Shown piece after piece: positions 36,989-46,409 of a stretch of 64,000 nt of DNA; the stretch's first letter is position 1; every line of letters starts with the position of its first letter. The notes beneath the pieces are model-generated. The model did not search any database, was not told the DNA's origin, and was given only the letters and a program-made list of their open reading frames with translations. The position numbers and the translations under genes were made by a program. Source of the stretch: Actinomycetota bacterium (GTDB taxonomy: Bacteria; Actinomycetota; Actinomycetes; S36-B12; UBA5976); assembly GCA_026393095.1 (NCBI GenBank), contig JAPLAV010000047.1, positions 1,430 to 65,429 of the forward strand, read 5' to 3'.

Positions 36989-38163
36989 GCAGCTTGCCTA
37001 TTTACTTGATTGGAAACTTTAAATAAATCTGAAGTTGGCCGAGAAGTCAATGGTGGTTTTGGGGAAAAGGTTATCGCTAAAACTGACACCCAAATGCTGG
37101 AAAGTGTTATGAAATTTATTTGCGGAAAACTCAGTGGACTGCTCAGAGGGTTAAGCACAATATTTTCAGTAAATCTCATTGCCACTAAACCAAACAGTGC
37201 AGTGGTAATGACTAGTACTTCTGGAATGTGCCACTTATCTGGACGATATTTAGTCCTAGAAGCATTCTGGCCAGCAAACCTCAGCGCAAAAAAGGAAAGT
37301 GCGATACCAATGATCATTGTTAATAAACCAATTTTTGACTGACTAAATACGCCTAATAATCCAGCCAACCCTAAAAGTATTCCCAATAATCCGCCCAGCA
37401 TAAAAATATTTGTAAGTTTTCTTTTTAAAGTGCTTTGATGTATTCGTCTGCCATAACCTCGAGAGTCCATGGCTGAGGCTAACAGCAAAGCTCTTTCCAT
37501 AGCACCTTCTAAAACGGGCACAAATGTTTTAGCTAAGGCAGGAATCCCAGTAGTTTTTCTGCCTCTCAAATATTGTGCATCTCTTACCCGCTTGGCATCA
37601 AATGCAAGTTGGGGAGCAAAAGTTAAAGCTACCGTAATTGATAAACCAACTTCATAAAGTGCTGCTGGAATTGATTTGAGCATTCTGGTTGGTGAAGCTA
37701 AAGATTGAGCACCACCAATGCAAACCAGAATTGTGGCAAGCCTTAAGCCTTCTTGGAACGCAAATAAAACAGTATTGGCTTTAATTTCACCACCTAATTT
37801 AACTCCTGCAAAAAAACTGGGTAGATCAATTTCGGGAAGAGTAAATAATAAGGTGTCACCGAAAATATCGGGTGTAATAATTACTAAAAGTATTCTAAAA
37901 ATAATCACAAATCCTGCAGCGAATAAATAGCCTTTTATCGATTTAGACCAGGGGGCATCACTTTTTCTGAATTTCACTACAAGTAAAACTACCGAAATTA
38001 TTGAAAGTAAAAATATTGGATTTTTAGTACCTGCAGCCATTGCTGCTAACAAAATTGCCCATAACCACCAAGCACCAGAGTGTAAAAATCGTTGTTCAGC
38101 TAAGGACAAGGGCTTATGCCATCTGCGGGGGGCAGATGGCACAAGAGTCTTATTTTTCAGCAA
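36985..38163 (-). CDS. ECF transporter transmembrane (T) component, EcfT/CbiQ-like
   Basis: 392 aa polytopic protein with the coupling-helix motif SAMDSRGYG. 4-nt overlap with the ATPase gene. Confidence 0.8.
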   Translation of the reverse strand: MLKNKTLVPSAPRRWHKPLSLAEQRFLHSGAWWLWAILLAAMAAGTKNPIFLLSIISVVLLVVKFRKSDAPWSKSIKGYLFAAGFVIIFRILLVIITPDIFGDTLLFTLPEIDLPSFFAGVKLGGEIKANTVLFAFQEGLRLATILVCIGGAQSLASPTRMLKSIPAALYEVGLSITVALTFAPQLAFDAKRVRDAQYLRGRKTTGIPALAKTFVPVLEGAMERALLLASAMDSRGYGRRIHQSTLKRKLTNIFMLGGLLGILLGLAGLLGVFSQSKIGLLTMIIGIALSFFALRFAGQNASRTKYRPDKWHIPEVLVITTALFGLVAMRFTENIVLNPLSSPLSFPQINFITLSSIWVSVLAITFSPKPPLTSRPTSDLFKVSNQVNRQAA

Positions 38164-38168
38164 TTTAA

Positions 38169-38852
38169 TTATTTCTTTTTACGCATTTTCAAAACTAGCG
38201 CCAAAGCTACAATTATTACTGCTGCCAAACCAATAAGTTGCACGTTAGTGTTCATTGGATTGTTATTTTCTTCTGCTGGCATTTCCATTGTGGCCATATC
38301 TTCAGCTGGAGCAGTTTCAGGTGCGCCTGAAGTTGTGGAAGTAATTTCTAAACCACATTCTTCTTTAGGATAACCGTTAATACCACAAACGAATCCATCA
38401 TTTGCTCTAACATCTAATCCTGCTGCATTTAATGCATCTGCGGCAGTTTTACCTGTTTTAACAGTTACACACTTAATAACATTTGCTGTTGGAGGAGTTT
38501 CTCCTTCAGGGGAGATTGCTTGATCACCGAACTCAACAACCACGGCAACTCTTGAAGCTCCTGCTTGCTCTGCAGTATCTGGACAAAGTTCTGCAAATAC
38601 TGCACTTTCATTTGGTGGCAAACCGTTGTCTGCTCCAGTGATTGCAAATTTGTATCCAGTAACCATTTGATCTGTTGCTAAAGAACCTTTTTCATCAGCA
38701 GGACCAAAATTTGAAAACGACCATGATTCGTCTGCTGTTACCCAATATGTCCAATAACGATAATCAGCAGCATTTGCTGGTGTTATTGAAAATAGGGAAG
38801 TGAAAATACTTGCAATAAAAATTACTGCGATATTTCTTTTTAACTGCTTCAT
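38169..38852 (-). CDS. Secreted, C-terminally membrane-anchored protein (possible corrinoid-binding accessory protein)
   Basis: 227 aa. Signal peptide ending ANA|AD. C-terminal TM helix plus KMRKKK tail. The central segment VKTGKTAADALNAAGLDVRANDGFVCGINGYPKEE resembles the DUF4430/transcobalamin-like pattern (by eye). It is the first gene after the cobalamin riboswitch. Confidence 0.5.
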   Translation of the reverse strand: MKQLKRNIAVIFIASIFTSLFSITPANAADYRYWTYWVTADESWSFSNFGPADEKGSLATDQMVTGYKFAITGADNGLPPNESAVFAELCPDTAEQAGASRVAVVVEFGDQAISPEGETPPTANVIKCVTVKTGKTAADALNAAGLDVRANDGFVCGINGYPKEECGLEITSTTSGAPETAPAEDMATMEMPAEENNNPMNTNVQLIGLAAVIIVALALVLKMRKKK

Positions 38853-39017
38853 TCGTTTCTCCTCGTGCTTTTGGCCGTAGGTGAGCGAAATGAGCGAGGC
38901 TTAAGAATTAATAATCTAAATACAAAACCCTTTGCATCAATAGATACAAAGGGAAGGTGGATCTAGAAAAACAATCCGGCCTGCCCCGTTTTCCTCGACG
39001 GCGCGTTGGACGACTCA

Positions 39018-39129
39018 TTCCTTGTTAGGTAATCCGACTTGTCATTTGGCACCAGATTTTTCATCTGGTGAATGACCCACGGTTGCGGGACAGTGCCGGT
39101 ATCCGACCGGCTTCCCCTTTTACAAGGAA
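39018..39129 (-). promoter_or_regulatory. Cobalamin (B12) riboswitch aptamer
   Basis: The minus strand reads TTCCTTGTaaaaGGGGAAGCCGGTcGGAtACCGGCACTGTCCCGCAACCGTggg…GGTGCCAaatgacAAGTCGGATTACCTaACAAGGAA. This contains the conserved cobalamin core, a B12-box-like AGTCGGATTACCT and a closing 8-bp helix. The aptamer ends 165 nt upstream of the first operon ATG. Confidence 0.8.
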
Positions 39130-39281
39130 CAGGTTTTCTTGCTTAAAAGACAACTTACATGGGCACACTCCATCCCAGTCAATGGCAAAGAGGTGGTGAG
39201 TTGTGAAACTATTTATATAGGGAAACACAAGTTGTCGCGGGGGCACACTTGAATTTTCTCTAAGAGCAGGAGAAAGTCAAA

Positions 39282-39494
39282 ATGGCATTTACCTGGGTTT
39301 ATTTAGATGAAGCAGGAAAACCAGTTGCAGACTTACCAAAAGAAGCAGTGATCGCAGAATATCAAACCAGAGCAGAAGCTGAAAGCTGGCTAACCACTAA
39401 TTGGAAAAGTTTACTAAATGGTGGAGTACATCAAGTATCTCTTTGGGATGGAACTGAATTGGCCATGGAAAACATGAGCCTTCATCCAGCTTAA
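39282..39494 (+). CDS. Small hypothetical protein (70 aa)
   Basis: The ORF has SD AGGAG 7-8 nt upstream of the ATG. No recognisable motif. The coding status rests on the SD and on the lack of a competing ORF. Confidence 0.4.
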   Translation: MAFTWVYLDEAGKPVADLPKEAVIAEYQTRAEAESWLTTNWKSLLNGGVHQVSLWDGTELAMENMSLHPA

Positions 39495-39498
39495 AAAA

Positions 39499-40023
39499 TT
39501 ACTTAAATTCTTTTGGCGCTCCACCAATTTTTACAATTGATGGTGGAATACGTAATTGTCTTAATTGCAATGCACGCATAAGGCCATAAAAAACTGCCCC
39601 TTTTCTTTCCTTAGGATCTAAGTAAGTTGCATTGATTTCCTTTTTAATTTTGAATCCCAACAAAACTTCATCAAGCAATGTGCCAAGCATCATTACTAAC
39701 CACAGGAAATAAACAACTCGAGCAATTGTTGGATTGGGTATTAAAGATAGAACTAAAACAATTAAAGCTAAAGGTAGGAATAATTCACCAAAATGCCAAC
39801 GAGAATCAACCAGGTTTCTTACATGTCTTCTGACTGGACCTTTATCTCTAAACGGCATAGCCCATTCTTCGCCTCGGTTCATTGCTAAACGAGTTTCTAA
39901 TCTTTGCTCGCGAGCACGTTGACGAACGGCTACTTTTGCTTCTTTGGAATCTTTAGGAACTTTCAAAGCTTTCTTACGCGCAGCTTCAGCGTCTTTGCGT
40001 TTAGGAGTTGGTTCTGATTTCAT
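39499..40023 (-). CDS. DUF3043-like membrane protein
   Basis: 174 aa. A basic N-terminus (PTPKRKDAEAARKK) is followed by two TM helices, as in the actinobacterial DUF3043 family. Confidence 0.65.
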   Translation of the reverse strand: MKSEPTPKRKDAEAARKKALKVPKDSKEAKVAVRQRAREQRLETRLAMNRGEEWAMPFRDKGPVRRHVRNLVDSRWHFGELFLPLALIVLVLSLIPNPTIARVVYFLWLVMMLGTLLDEVLLGFKIKKEINATYLDPKERKGAVFYGLMRALQLRQLRIPPSIVKIGGAPKEFK

Positions 40024-40050
40024 AATTGTTTTCTAGGTTAGCAGGTTTTA

Positions 40051-41223
40051 TTACGCCCCTGGCAAAGCCAACATTTGATTGAGGGCGATGCGGGCATAGG
40101 CCTTGGTGTCTTGGTCAACTTTGATCTGATTAACAACGTTTCCATTTACTAGATTTTCTAATGAGGCAACTAAATGAGGCAAATCAATTCTGTTCATGGT
40201 GGAGCAATAACAAATTGTTTTATCTAGAAAAGAAATGTTTTTATCGGGAAATTCTCGAGCAAGGCGCCTGACCAGATTTAGTTCTGTTCCAACAGCCCAA
40301 CTAGTTCCAGGCCTTGAAGCTTTAATAGTTCTGATAATTCCTTCAGTCGATGCCACCACATCAGCTGCCTCTGCTACTTCATTGACACATTCTGGATGAA
40401 CAATGATTTTTACATCCTTTATGCGCTGTCTTACATCCATTACTGATTTCATATTGAATCGGGCATGAACTGAGCAGTGACCTTTCCACAGAATCATTTT
40501 GGCGTTGACAAGTTCAGCATCAGTTAAACCACCGCGAGGTTTTAAAGGATTAAAAACTACGCAGTCTTCCTTTTTCAATCCAAGTCTCATCACAGCAGTA
40601 TTTCTACCTAAATGTTGATCAGGTAAAAATAAAACTCTTTCACCTTTGGCAAAAGACCATTCCAAAGCTTTTTGAGCATTAGAAGATGTACAAACTGTGC
40701 CACCATTTTTTCCGGTAAAACCCTTAATTGCTGCAGTTGAATTCATATAAACAACTGGCACTGTGGTTTTGGCAATTCCTAAATCTTCTAGTACTGACCA
40801 ACAAGTTTCTACTTGACTAATTTCAGCCATATCAGCCATAGAACAACCTGCTGCTAAATCTGGCAAGATTACGTTTTGTAAATCAGAGGTAAGAATGTCG
40901 GCACTTTCGGCCATGAAGTGAACACCGCAAAATACTATGTAATCAGCATTTGGTCTTGCTGCTGCATCTTTTGCTAATTTGAATGAATCTCCAGTGGTAT
41001 CAGCAAATTGAATTACTTCATCTCTTTGATAGTGATGGCCCAAAATAAATAAACGATCACCTAATTTTTCTTTGGCAACTAGAGCTCGCTCCACTAAATC
41101 AGGGGCAGAAGCTTTGGGTAATTCACCAGGACACTCCACACCTTTTTCAGTGTCGGAATCGGAAAAGTTTCCTAAAAGATGCAACAAAGGTGTTGCAGCA
41201 GGTTCAGTCCAAGTTGGTGCCAT
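40051..41223 (-). CDS. nadA: Quinolinate synthase
   Basis: 390 aa with a three-fold pseudo-repeat NadA pattern (…FILGHHYQRDEV…, …VVYMNSTAAIKG…, …IIVHPEC…). No nadB or nadC is adjacent. Confidence 0.9.
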   Translation of the reverse strand: MAPTWTEPAATPLLHLLGNFSDSDTEKGVECPGELPKASAPDLVERALVAKEKLGDRLFILGHHYQRDEVIQFADTTGDSFKLAKDAAARPNADYIVFCGVHFMAESADILTSDLQNVILPDLAAGCSMADMAEISQVETCWSVLEDLGIAKTTVPVVYMNSTAAIKGFTGKNGGTVCTSSNAQKALEWSFAKGERVLFLPDQHLGRNTAVMRLGLKKEDCVVFNPLKPRGGLTDAELVNAKMILWKGHCSVHARFNMKSVMDVRQRIKDVKIIVHPECVNEVAEAADVVASTEGIIRTIKASRPGTSWAVGTELNLVRRLAREFPDKNISFLDKTICYCSTMNRIDLPHLVASLENLVNGNVVNQIKVDQDTKAYARIALNQMLALPGA

Positions 41224-41252
41224 ATACCAATCGTGTCATGTTCTACTAATCT

Positions 41253-42281
41253 GTGCGAGTGCGCATAGTAATTGCTCCAGACTCATTTACCGGTACCTTG
41301 ACGGCTGCTCAAGCCGCTCTAGCGATCAAAACAGGTTGGGAAAAAACCACAAAAGCCGATTTCTTTTTAGCACCCATGAGTGATGGAGGGCCTGGCTTTA
41401 TTGATGCCATTGAATTTGGCTTCGGAGGAAACAAAATTCATCAACAAATAACAGGCTTAGAGGGCACCACTATTACTGCACCAATTTTGATAGTTGGGAG
41501 AACTGCTTATATTGAATCTCATTTAATTGTGGGCCCACAATTTATCACCAAACAGCCCCGAACTCCCGATAAATACACATCTAAAGGAATTGGTGAATTA
41601 ATTAATGTTGCAGTGCAACGAGGTTGTCAAACAATATTTGTGGGAGTGGGAGGAACTGCTTCTATTGATGGTGGGGCAGGAATCCTAGAAACTGTTGAAA
41701 AAGAAACTCTAGGTGATGTTGAACTTGTCGCCGCAACAGATGTTGATGTGTTACTACTTGGTAATCGTGGTGCGGCTAAAGGTTTTGGCGAGCAAAAAGG
41801 TGCCAGCAAAGAATTAATTGAGGAATTAGAAAACAAACATGAGACTTTAGCTAAAAACACCCCTAAACGTAGCGACAACAAAGATGCATCTCAAATGCTT
41901 GGTGCCGGTGCAGGTGGAGGAATTGGATTTGGTCTAATGGCACTAGGTGCAAACAGAGTTAGTGGATTAGATCTGGTAACTGAATCTTTTGATTTAGCAC
42001 ACGAAATAGCAAATAGCGATTTAGTAATAACTGGCGAAGGTAAACTTGATTGGCAAACCTTAAGAGGGAAAGTAATAACTGGTGTTGCACAAATTGCCAA
42101 TGAAAGTGCGATCTCTTGTTTAGCACTATGTGGTCAAGTCATTGCAGGTAAAAGAGAATTAGCAGCTGCTGGAATTGTTGGGGCTTATGGCTGCATCGAA
42201 GAAGGCGAAGAATTACCCGATGACCCATTTATGGCCCTGGTTTTCCTCGCGGAGCGGGTCAGCAAGACATGGTCGCAATAA
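41253..42281 (+). CDS. Glycerate kinase family protein
   Basis: GTG start. N-terminal APDSFTGTLTAAQAA and the C-terminal TGEGKLDWQTLRGK motif of the GlxK/GarK family. Confidence 0.85.
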   Translation: MRVRIVIAPDSFTGTLTAAQAALAIKTGWEKTTKADFFLAPMSDGGPGFIDAIEFGFGGNKIHQQITGLEGTTITAPILIVGRTAYIESHLIVGPQFITKQPRTPDKYTSKGIGELINVAVQRGCQTIFVGVGGTASIDGGAGILETVEKETLGDVELVAATDVDVLLLGNRGAAKGFGEQKGASKELIEELENKHETLAKNTPKRSDNKDASQMLGAGAGGGIGFGLMALGANRVSGLDLVTESFDLAHEIANSDLVITGEGKLDWQTLRGKVITGVAQIANESAISCLALCGQVIAGKRELAAAGIVGAYGCIEEGEELPDDPFMALVFLAERVSKTWSQ

Positions 42282-42315
42282 CGTGGCAATATAGACAGTG
42301 AAGGAAAGGTAAAAC

Positions 42316-42663
42316 ATGACCGCTGAAACCACCAACACCGAAGGTGTTTTGTTAACTGAATTTGCAACAACCAAAGTTCGTACTCTTTTGAGTCAAGAAG
42401 GAAGAGATGATTTAGCTCTTCGAATTGCTGTGCAACCAGGTGGATGTTCAGGCATGCGTTACCAATTATTTTTTGATGATCGCTCCCTAGAAGGAGATGC
42501 CACTCACGCATTTGGTGATGTGAAAGTAGTGGTAGACAAAATGAGTGTTCCTTACTTAATGGGTGCAACTATTGATTTTGTTGACACTATTGAGAAGCAA
42601 GGTTTCACGATTGATAATCCAAACGCCGGGGGATCCTGTGCGTGCGGTGATTCTTTCCACTAA
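42316..42663 (+). CDS. erpA: Iron-sulfur cluster insertion/assembly protein (HesB/IscA/ErpA family)
   Basis: 115 aa with the three cluster-ligand cysteines in GGCSGMRY and CACGDSF. Confidence 0.9.
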   Translation: MTAETTNTEGVLLTEFATTKVRTLLSQEGRDDLALRIAVQPGGCSGMRYQLFFDDRSLEGDATHAFGDVKVVVDKMSVPYLMGATIDFVDTIEKQGFTIDNPNAGGSCACGDSFH

Positions 42664-42702
42664 ATCTTTCTTTTCCTTAAATAATCACTATTCTTTCTAT
42701 TT

Positions 42703-43686
42703 GTGACATTAAATATTGCAATCACTGGCTCCATTGCCACAGATCATTTAATGCGCTTTCCAGGAAAATTCACTGACTCATTAGTTGCAGACAAATTAGA
42801 TCACGTTTCGCTATCTTTCTTAGTTGATGATTTACAAATTAGACGAGGTGGCGTTGGAGCTAACGTTGCTTTTGCCATGGGCAAGATGGGACTTCGACCA
42901 ATTTTGGTTGGAGCTGTTGGAAAAGACTTTGCTGAATATAGATCTTGGTTAGAAAGACACAATGTTGATTGTGAATCAATTCATTACAGTGAAGAAAAAC
43001 ATACCGCCAGATTTGTGTGCACCACAGATGAAGTTGCTAATCAAATAGCTTCCTTTTATCCCGGTGCAATGAGTGAATCAAATCAAATAGAACTAGGTCC
43101 AGTAATTGATCGTTTAGGAAAAATAGATTTTATTTTCATTGGCCCAAGTGATCCAGAAGCAATGATTAAACATACTGAAGAAGCAAAACAAAGAGGAATA
43201 GCTTTTATTGCTGACCCAAGTCAGCAAATGGCTCGCATGGATGGAAAACAAATTGCTCAATTAATTGATGGTGCTGAGTATTTATTTATGAATGAATACG
43301 AATCATCTTTAATTGAAAAGAAAGTCGGTTGGAACACTGATGAATTGATGAAAAGAGTTGGCACCGTCGTTACAACTCTTGGTGCCAAGGGTGCACGCAT
43401 TCAAAGTAAACATGAAACTATTGCCACAGTTGCTTGTCCACCAGAAGCCGAAAGAATTGATCCAACTGGAGTGGGAGATTCATTTAGAGCAGGTTATTTA
43501 GCAGCACATTCATGGGGATTAATTCCTGAGCGTTGCGCACAAGTTGGTTCCATGCTTGCAACCTATGTAATTGAAACTGTGGGAACGCAAGAATACACAT
43601 TTACCAATACCGAATTTGTTAATCGATTCTCATCATTTTATGGTGCAAGTGCATCAAGTGAAATTGAAAAACATTTAGTTAAATAA
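42703..43686 (+). CDS. PfkB-family carbohydrate/nucleoside kinase (adenosine kinase-like)
   Basis: 327 aa with the PfkB signature DPTGVGDSFRAGYL. Its position next to the HesB-like gene and ctaC mirrors mycobacterial adoK. Confidence 0.75.
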   Translation: MTLNIAITGSIATDHLMRFPGKFTDSLVADKLDHVSLSFLVDDLQIRRGGVGANVAFAMGKMGLRPILVGAVGKDFAEYRSWLERHNVDCESIHYSEEKHTARFVCTTDEVANQIASFYPGAMSESNQIELGPVIDRLGKIDFIFIGPSDPEAMIKHTEEAKQRGIAFIADPSQQMARMDGKQIAQLIDGAEYLFMNEYESSLIEKKVGWNTDELMKRVGTVVTTLGAKGARIQSKHETIATVACPPEAERIDPTGVGDSFRAGYLAAHSWGLIPERCAQVGSMLATYVIETVGTQEYTFTNTEFVNRFSSFYGASASSEIEKHLVK

Positions 43687-43690
43687 CTTT

Positions 43691-44356
43691 ATGCCCACAC
43701 CGCTTGAGCCTTCGGTTTGGGATTTTCCAACGCTAGAGCAAATGCCTGAAGATGATTTAGTGATTTTGGGTGCTGATTTAAAACCAGAAACCGTGATTGA
43801 TTCCTACCAGCATGGGATTTTTCCTATGCATATTCCAGTTGCAAACAAACGAGAAATTGGTTGGTGGTCCCCGCAGCAACGAGGAATTTTACCTTTGCAC
43901 AAAATAAATATTTCTAAATCTTTACAAAAATCAATGAAAAAGTTTCAAGTTACTTTCGACCAAGCTTTTGATCAAGTAATTGATGGCTGTGGGGATGATA
44001 AAAGGCCACAAGGCTGGATCAATAAAGAAATAAAGATTGCCTATAAGAAATTATTTGAATTAGGTTATGTGCACTCAGTTGAAGTCTGGAATAAGAAAGA
44101 TGAGTTAGTTGGTGGACTCTATGGCGTGGAAGTTAGAGGATTATTTGCTGGAGAATCAATGTTTCATAGAGAAACTGATGCTTCCAAAACTGCCATGGTT
44201 TATCTAGTTAACAGATTGAAAGAAGCTGGGGGAGAAAGAATTTTTGACGTGCAATGGCAAACCCCTCATTTAAAGTCTATGGGAGTAATAAAAATTCCTA
44301 GAAGCAAATATCTTTCACTTCTTCCAGAAGTGATGAAAACTAAACCTGCTTTTTAA
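43691..44356 (+). CDS. aat: Leucyl/phenylalanyl-tRNA--protein transferase
   Basis: 221 aa with motifs GIFPM, WWSPQQRGIL and GESMFHRETDASK. Confidence 0.9.
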   Translation: MPTPLEPSVWDFPTLEQMPEDDLVILGADLKPETVIDSYQHGIFPMHIPVANKREIGWWSPQQRGILPLHKINISKSLQKSMKKFQVTFDQAFDQVIDGCGDDKRPQGWINKEIKIAYKKLFELGYVHSVEVWNKKDELVGGLYGVEVRGLFAGESMFHRETDASKTAMVYLVNRLKEAGGERIFDVQWQTPHLKSMGVIKIPRSKYLSLLPEVMKTKPAF

Positions 44357-45516
44357 ATTCCTGCAGATTCTTTTAATTCTTTCATAGTTTCATTCAAAGC
44401 TTTTATGAAATCTAAAATATCTGCATCCTTAGTATCAAATGGCAATGAAATTCTGATATTAATTTGATTATCAAAACCCATGGCAGCTAAAACATGAGAA
44501 GGTTTTACTTGATCAGGTGTACAAGATGATCCACTGGAAATTGCAAAACCTCTCTTACTTAAACCACTAACTAAAGCTTCTCCATCGATGTTTTTAATTA
44601 CTGCTGCTAACACATGAGGAAGCCTTGCAACAGGATCACCCAGCAGAGTTATATCTAAATTACTTGCCAGCAATTGCCTGAGATCATTAATCAATGTGCC
44701 AAGGGATTTGGCAATTTCCGATCTATTTAAGGTTATTTCTTCAAGGCTTGCCCCAATTGCCACAGCGTGTGGAATGGATATGTTGTTGGAAAATTTATGA
44801 TTTTCTCGCCCATCGTCTAGCAGGATTGATTTGAATCTCACATTTCTTTTCACAACCAAAATATCAATTCCAATAGGAGCACCCCAAGTAGCAGGTTTTA
44901 GAAGTAATACATCCCAATCACTTCCCAGGTTCACTAAACCAGCAGTCATAGTGGCATCTACAAACAAAGGAATATTTAATTCCTGACATTTTTTGTAGAT
45001 TGGATTTATTGGTTGTTGGGTACCAACTTCATGATTAGTAAATTGCAAAACAGCTAAACCTGGTTTGTTAGTTGTAAGGGAGTCAATAAATTGGCTTTCA
45101 TTAACACGGGCGAATTTATCAACAGGAATTTCAAAAGTAGAAAAATCCTTTAATCTTTCAATTATTGCTTTTTGTTCCACTGCGGAATAAACAACTGTTT
45201 TATTATCCAAGGCTTTGAGAAGTCCACTAATTGTTAAATCAATTCCTGCATTTCCCGAAGGAATAAATGAAACTTCATCTGGGTTAACTTTCAATCTTGC
45301 AGCAATTGATGCTCTGGCACTATCAAGTAGAAGCCGAGCAGAACGAGAATCGTGATAGAGCTTGGTTGGATCAACAAAGGCATAATCAGGAAGAGATCCC
45401 AAGGCTTTTTTTGCAGCAGGGTGAATAGGATGAGAACTTAAAGTGTCGAAGTTATGCGTATGTGCACTTGTGCTTGAAGACATGTGTTTAACGTTACTCG
45501 CCCTTGTTTTCCTCAC
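44353..45516 (-). CDS. Class V aminotransferase / cysteine desulfurase-like protein
   Basis: C-terminal active-site loop SSGSSCTPDQVKPSHVLAAMG. The candidate PLP lysine is in LLLKPATWGAP. The start is uncertain between GTG 45516 and ATG 45483. Confidence 0.75.
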   Translation of the reverse strand: MRKTRASNVKHMSSSTSAHTHNFDTLSSHPIHPAAKKALGSLPDYAFVDPTKLYHDSRSARLLLDSARASIAARLKVNPDEVSFIPSGNAGIDLTISGLLKALDNKTVVYSAVEQKAIIERLKDFSTFEIPVDKFARVNESQFIDSLTTNKPGLAVLQFTNHEVGTQQPINPIYKKCQELNIPLFVDATMTAGLVNLGSDWDVLLLKPATWGAPIGIDILVVKRNVRFKSILLDDGRENHKFSNNISIPHAVAIGASLEEITLNRSEIAKSLGTLINDLRQLLASNLDITLLGDPVARLPHVLAAVIKNIDGEALVSGLSKRGFAISSGSSCTPDQVKPSHVLAAMGFDNQINIRISLPFDTKDADILDFIKALNETMKELKESAGI

Positions 45517-45578
45517 AAAGCCTTGAGTGCACTAATCTGTTATATATACAGTGCAATCTTAAAGGAGAATTGGGTTTC

Positions 45579-46409
45579 GTGCGCAAAATTCGTGCCGGTC
45601 TAATCCTGGGATCTGTTTTCCTACTTTCAGCCTGTTCTAAAGCTGCTCAAGATGAAACTTTGCGAATTGGATTTCCCGAACCTACAACCACTGAAGGAAT
45701 CCTGATACTAAATCTGTGGCAAGGAACTTGGATTGTTGCCCTAGGTGTGGCTGCCCTTGTTCTTGGTTTACTTTTTGCAGCACTAATTCTTTATCGTCGT
45801 AGAAGTGATGCTGATGTTCCAAAACAAACTCGTTACAACATTCCTTTAGAGATTCTTTACACAATTGTTCCACTAGTTATTGTGTTAGGACTTTTCTTCT
45901 TTACCGCAAGAGATCAATCAACTTTAATTAAATTAACCGGAGAACAAAAACACACAGTTAATGTGGTTGGTTTTAGATGGTCTTGGATTTTTAATTACAA
46001 AGAAGCGGGTGTTTATGAAATTGGCACCCCAGCACTTCCTCCTACTCTTTATTTGCCAGTTGATGAAAAAGTTAAATTTGAATTAACTTCACCAGATGTA
46101 ATCCACTCATTCTGGGTTCCAGCATTTTTAATGAAGATGGACGTAGTTCCAGGAAGACTCAACGCTTTTGAATTAACCCCGACTAAGCCTGGTGAATTTG
46201 TTGGTAAATGTGCAGAGCTTTGTGGAGTAGATCATTCTCGAATGTTATTTAACGTCAAAGTTGTCTCTCGCGCCGAATTTGACCAACACATTGCTGATTT
46301 GAAAGCCGCCGGTCAAGTTGGTGCTTTAACATCAGGAAGAGTAGAAACAAGTGGTAACCCAGATTGTCTTGGTAACCCTGAATTAGCTGGATGTAAGGCG
46401 GAAAACTAA
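45579..46409 (+). CDS. ctaC: Cytochrome c oxidase subunit II (lipoprotein)
   Basis: I set the start at GTG 45579, 11 nt after AGGAG. Lipobox LLSAC and CuA motif CAELCGVDHSRM. The ORF-track N-terminal extension overlaps the divergent gene. Confidence 0.9.
   Translation: MRKIRAGLILGSVFLLSACSKAAQDETLRIGFPEPTTTEGILILNLWQGTWIVALGVAALVLGLLFAALILYRRRSDADVPKQTRYNIPLEILYTIVPLVIVLGLFFFTARDQSTLIKLTGEQKHTVNVVGFRWSWIFNYKEAGVYEIGTPALPPTLYLPVDEKVKFELTSPDVIHSFWVPAFLMKMDVVPGRLNAFELTPTKPGEFVGKCAELCGVDHSRMLFNVKVVSRAEFDQHIADLKAAGQVGALTSGRVETSGNPDCLGNPELAGCKAEN

Noticed and set aside
39061-39246. A 61-aa minus-strand ORF upstream of the ECF operon.
   Set aside because: It coincides with the cobalamin riboswitch aptamer and its 5' flank, so the open frame is incidental to the structured RNA.
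44353-45516. The cysteine desulfurase-like protein as a degenerate, inactive enzyme, because the usual S-x-H-K PLP motif reads LLLKPATWG.
   Set aside because: A lysine is still present at the aligned position and the C-terminal active-site Cys loop (SSGSSCT…PSHVLAAMG) is intact. Alignment by eye cannot support a loss-of-function claim.
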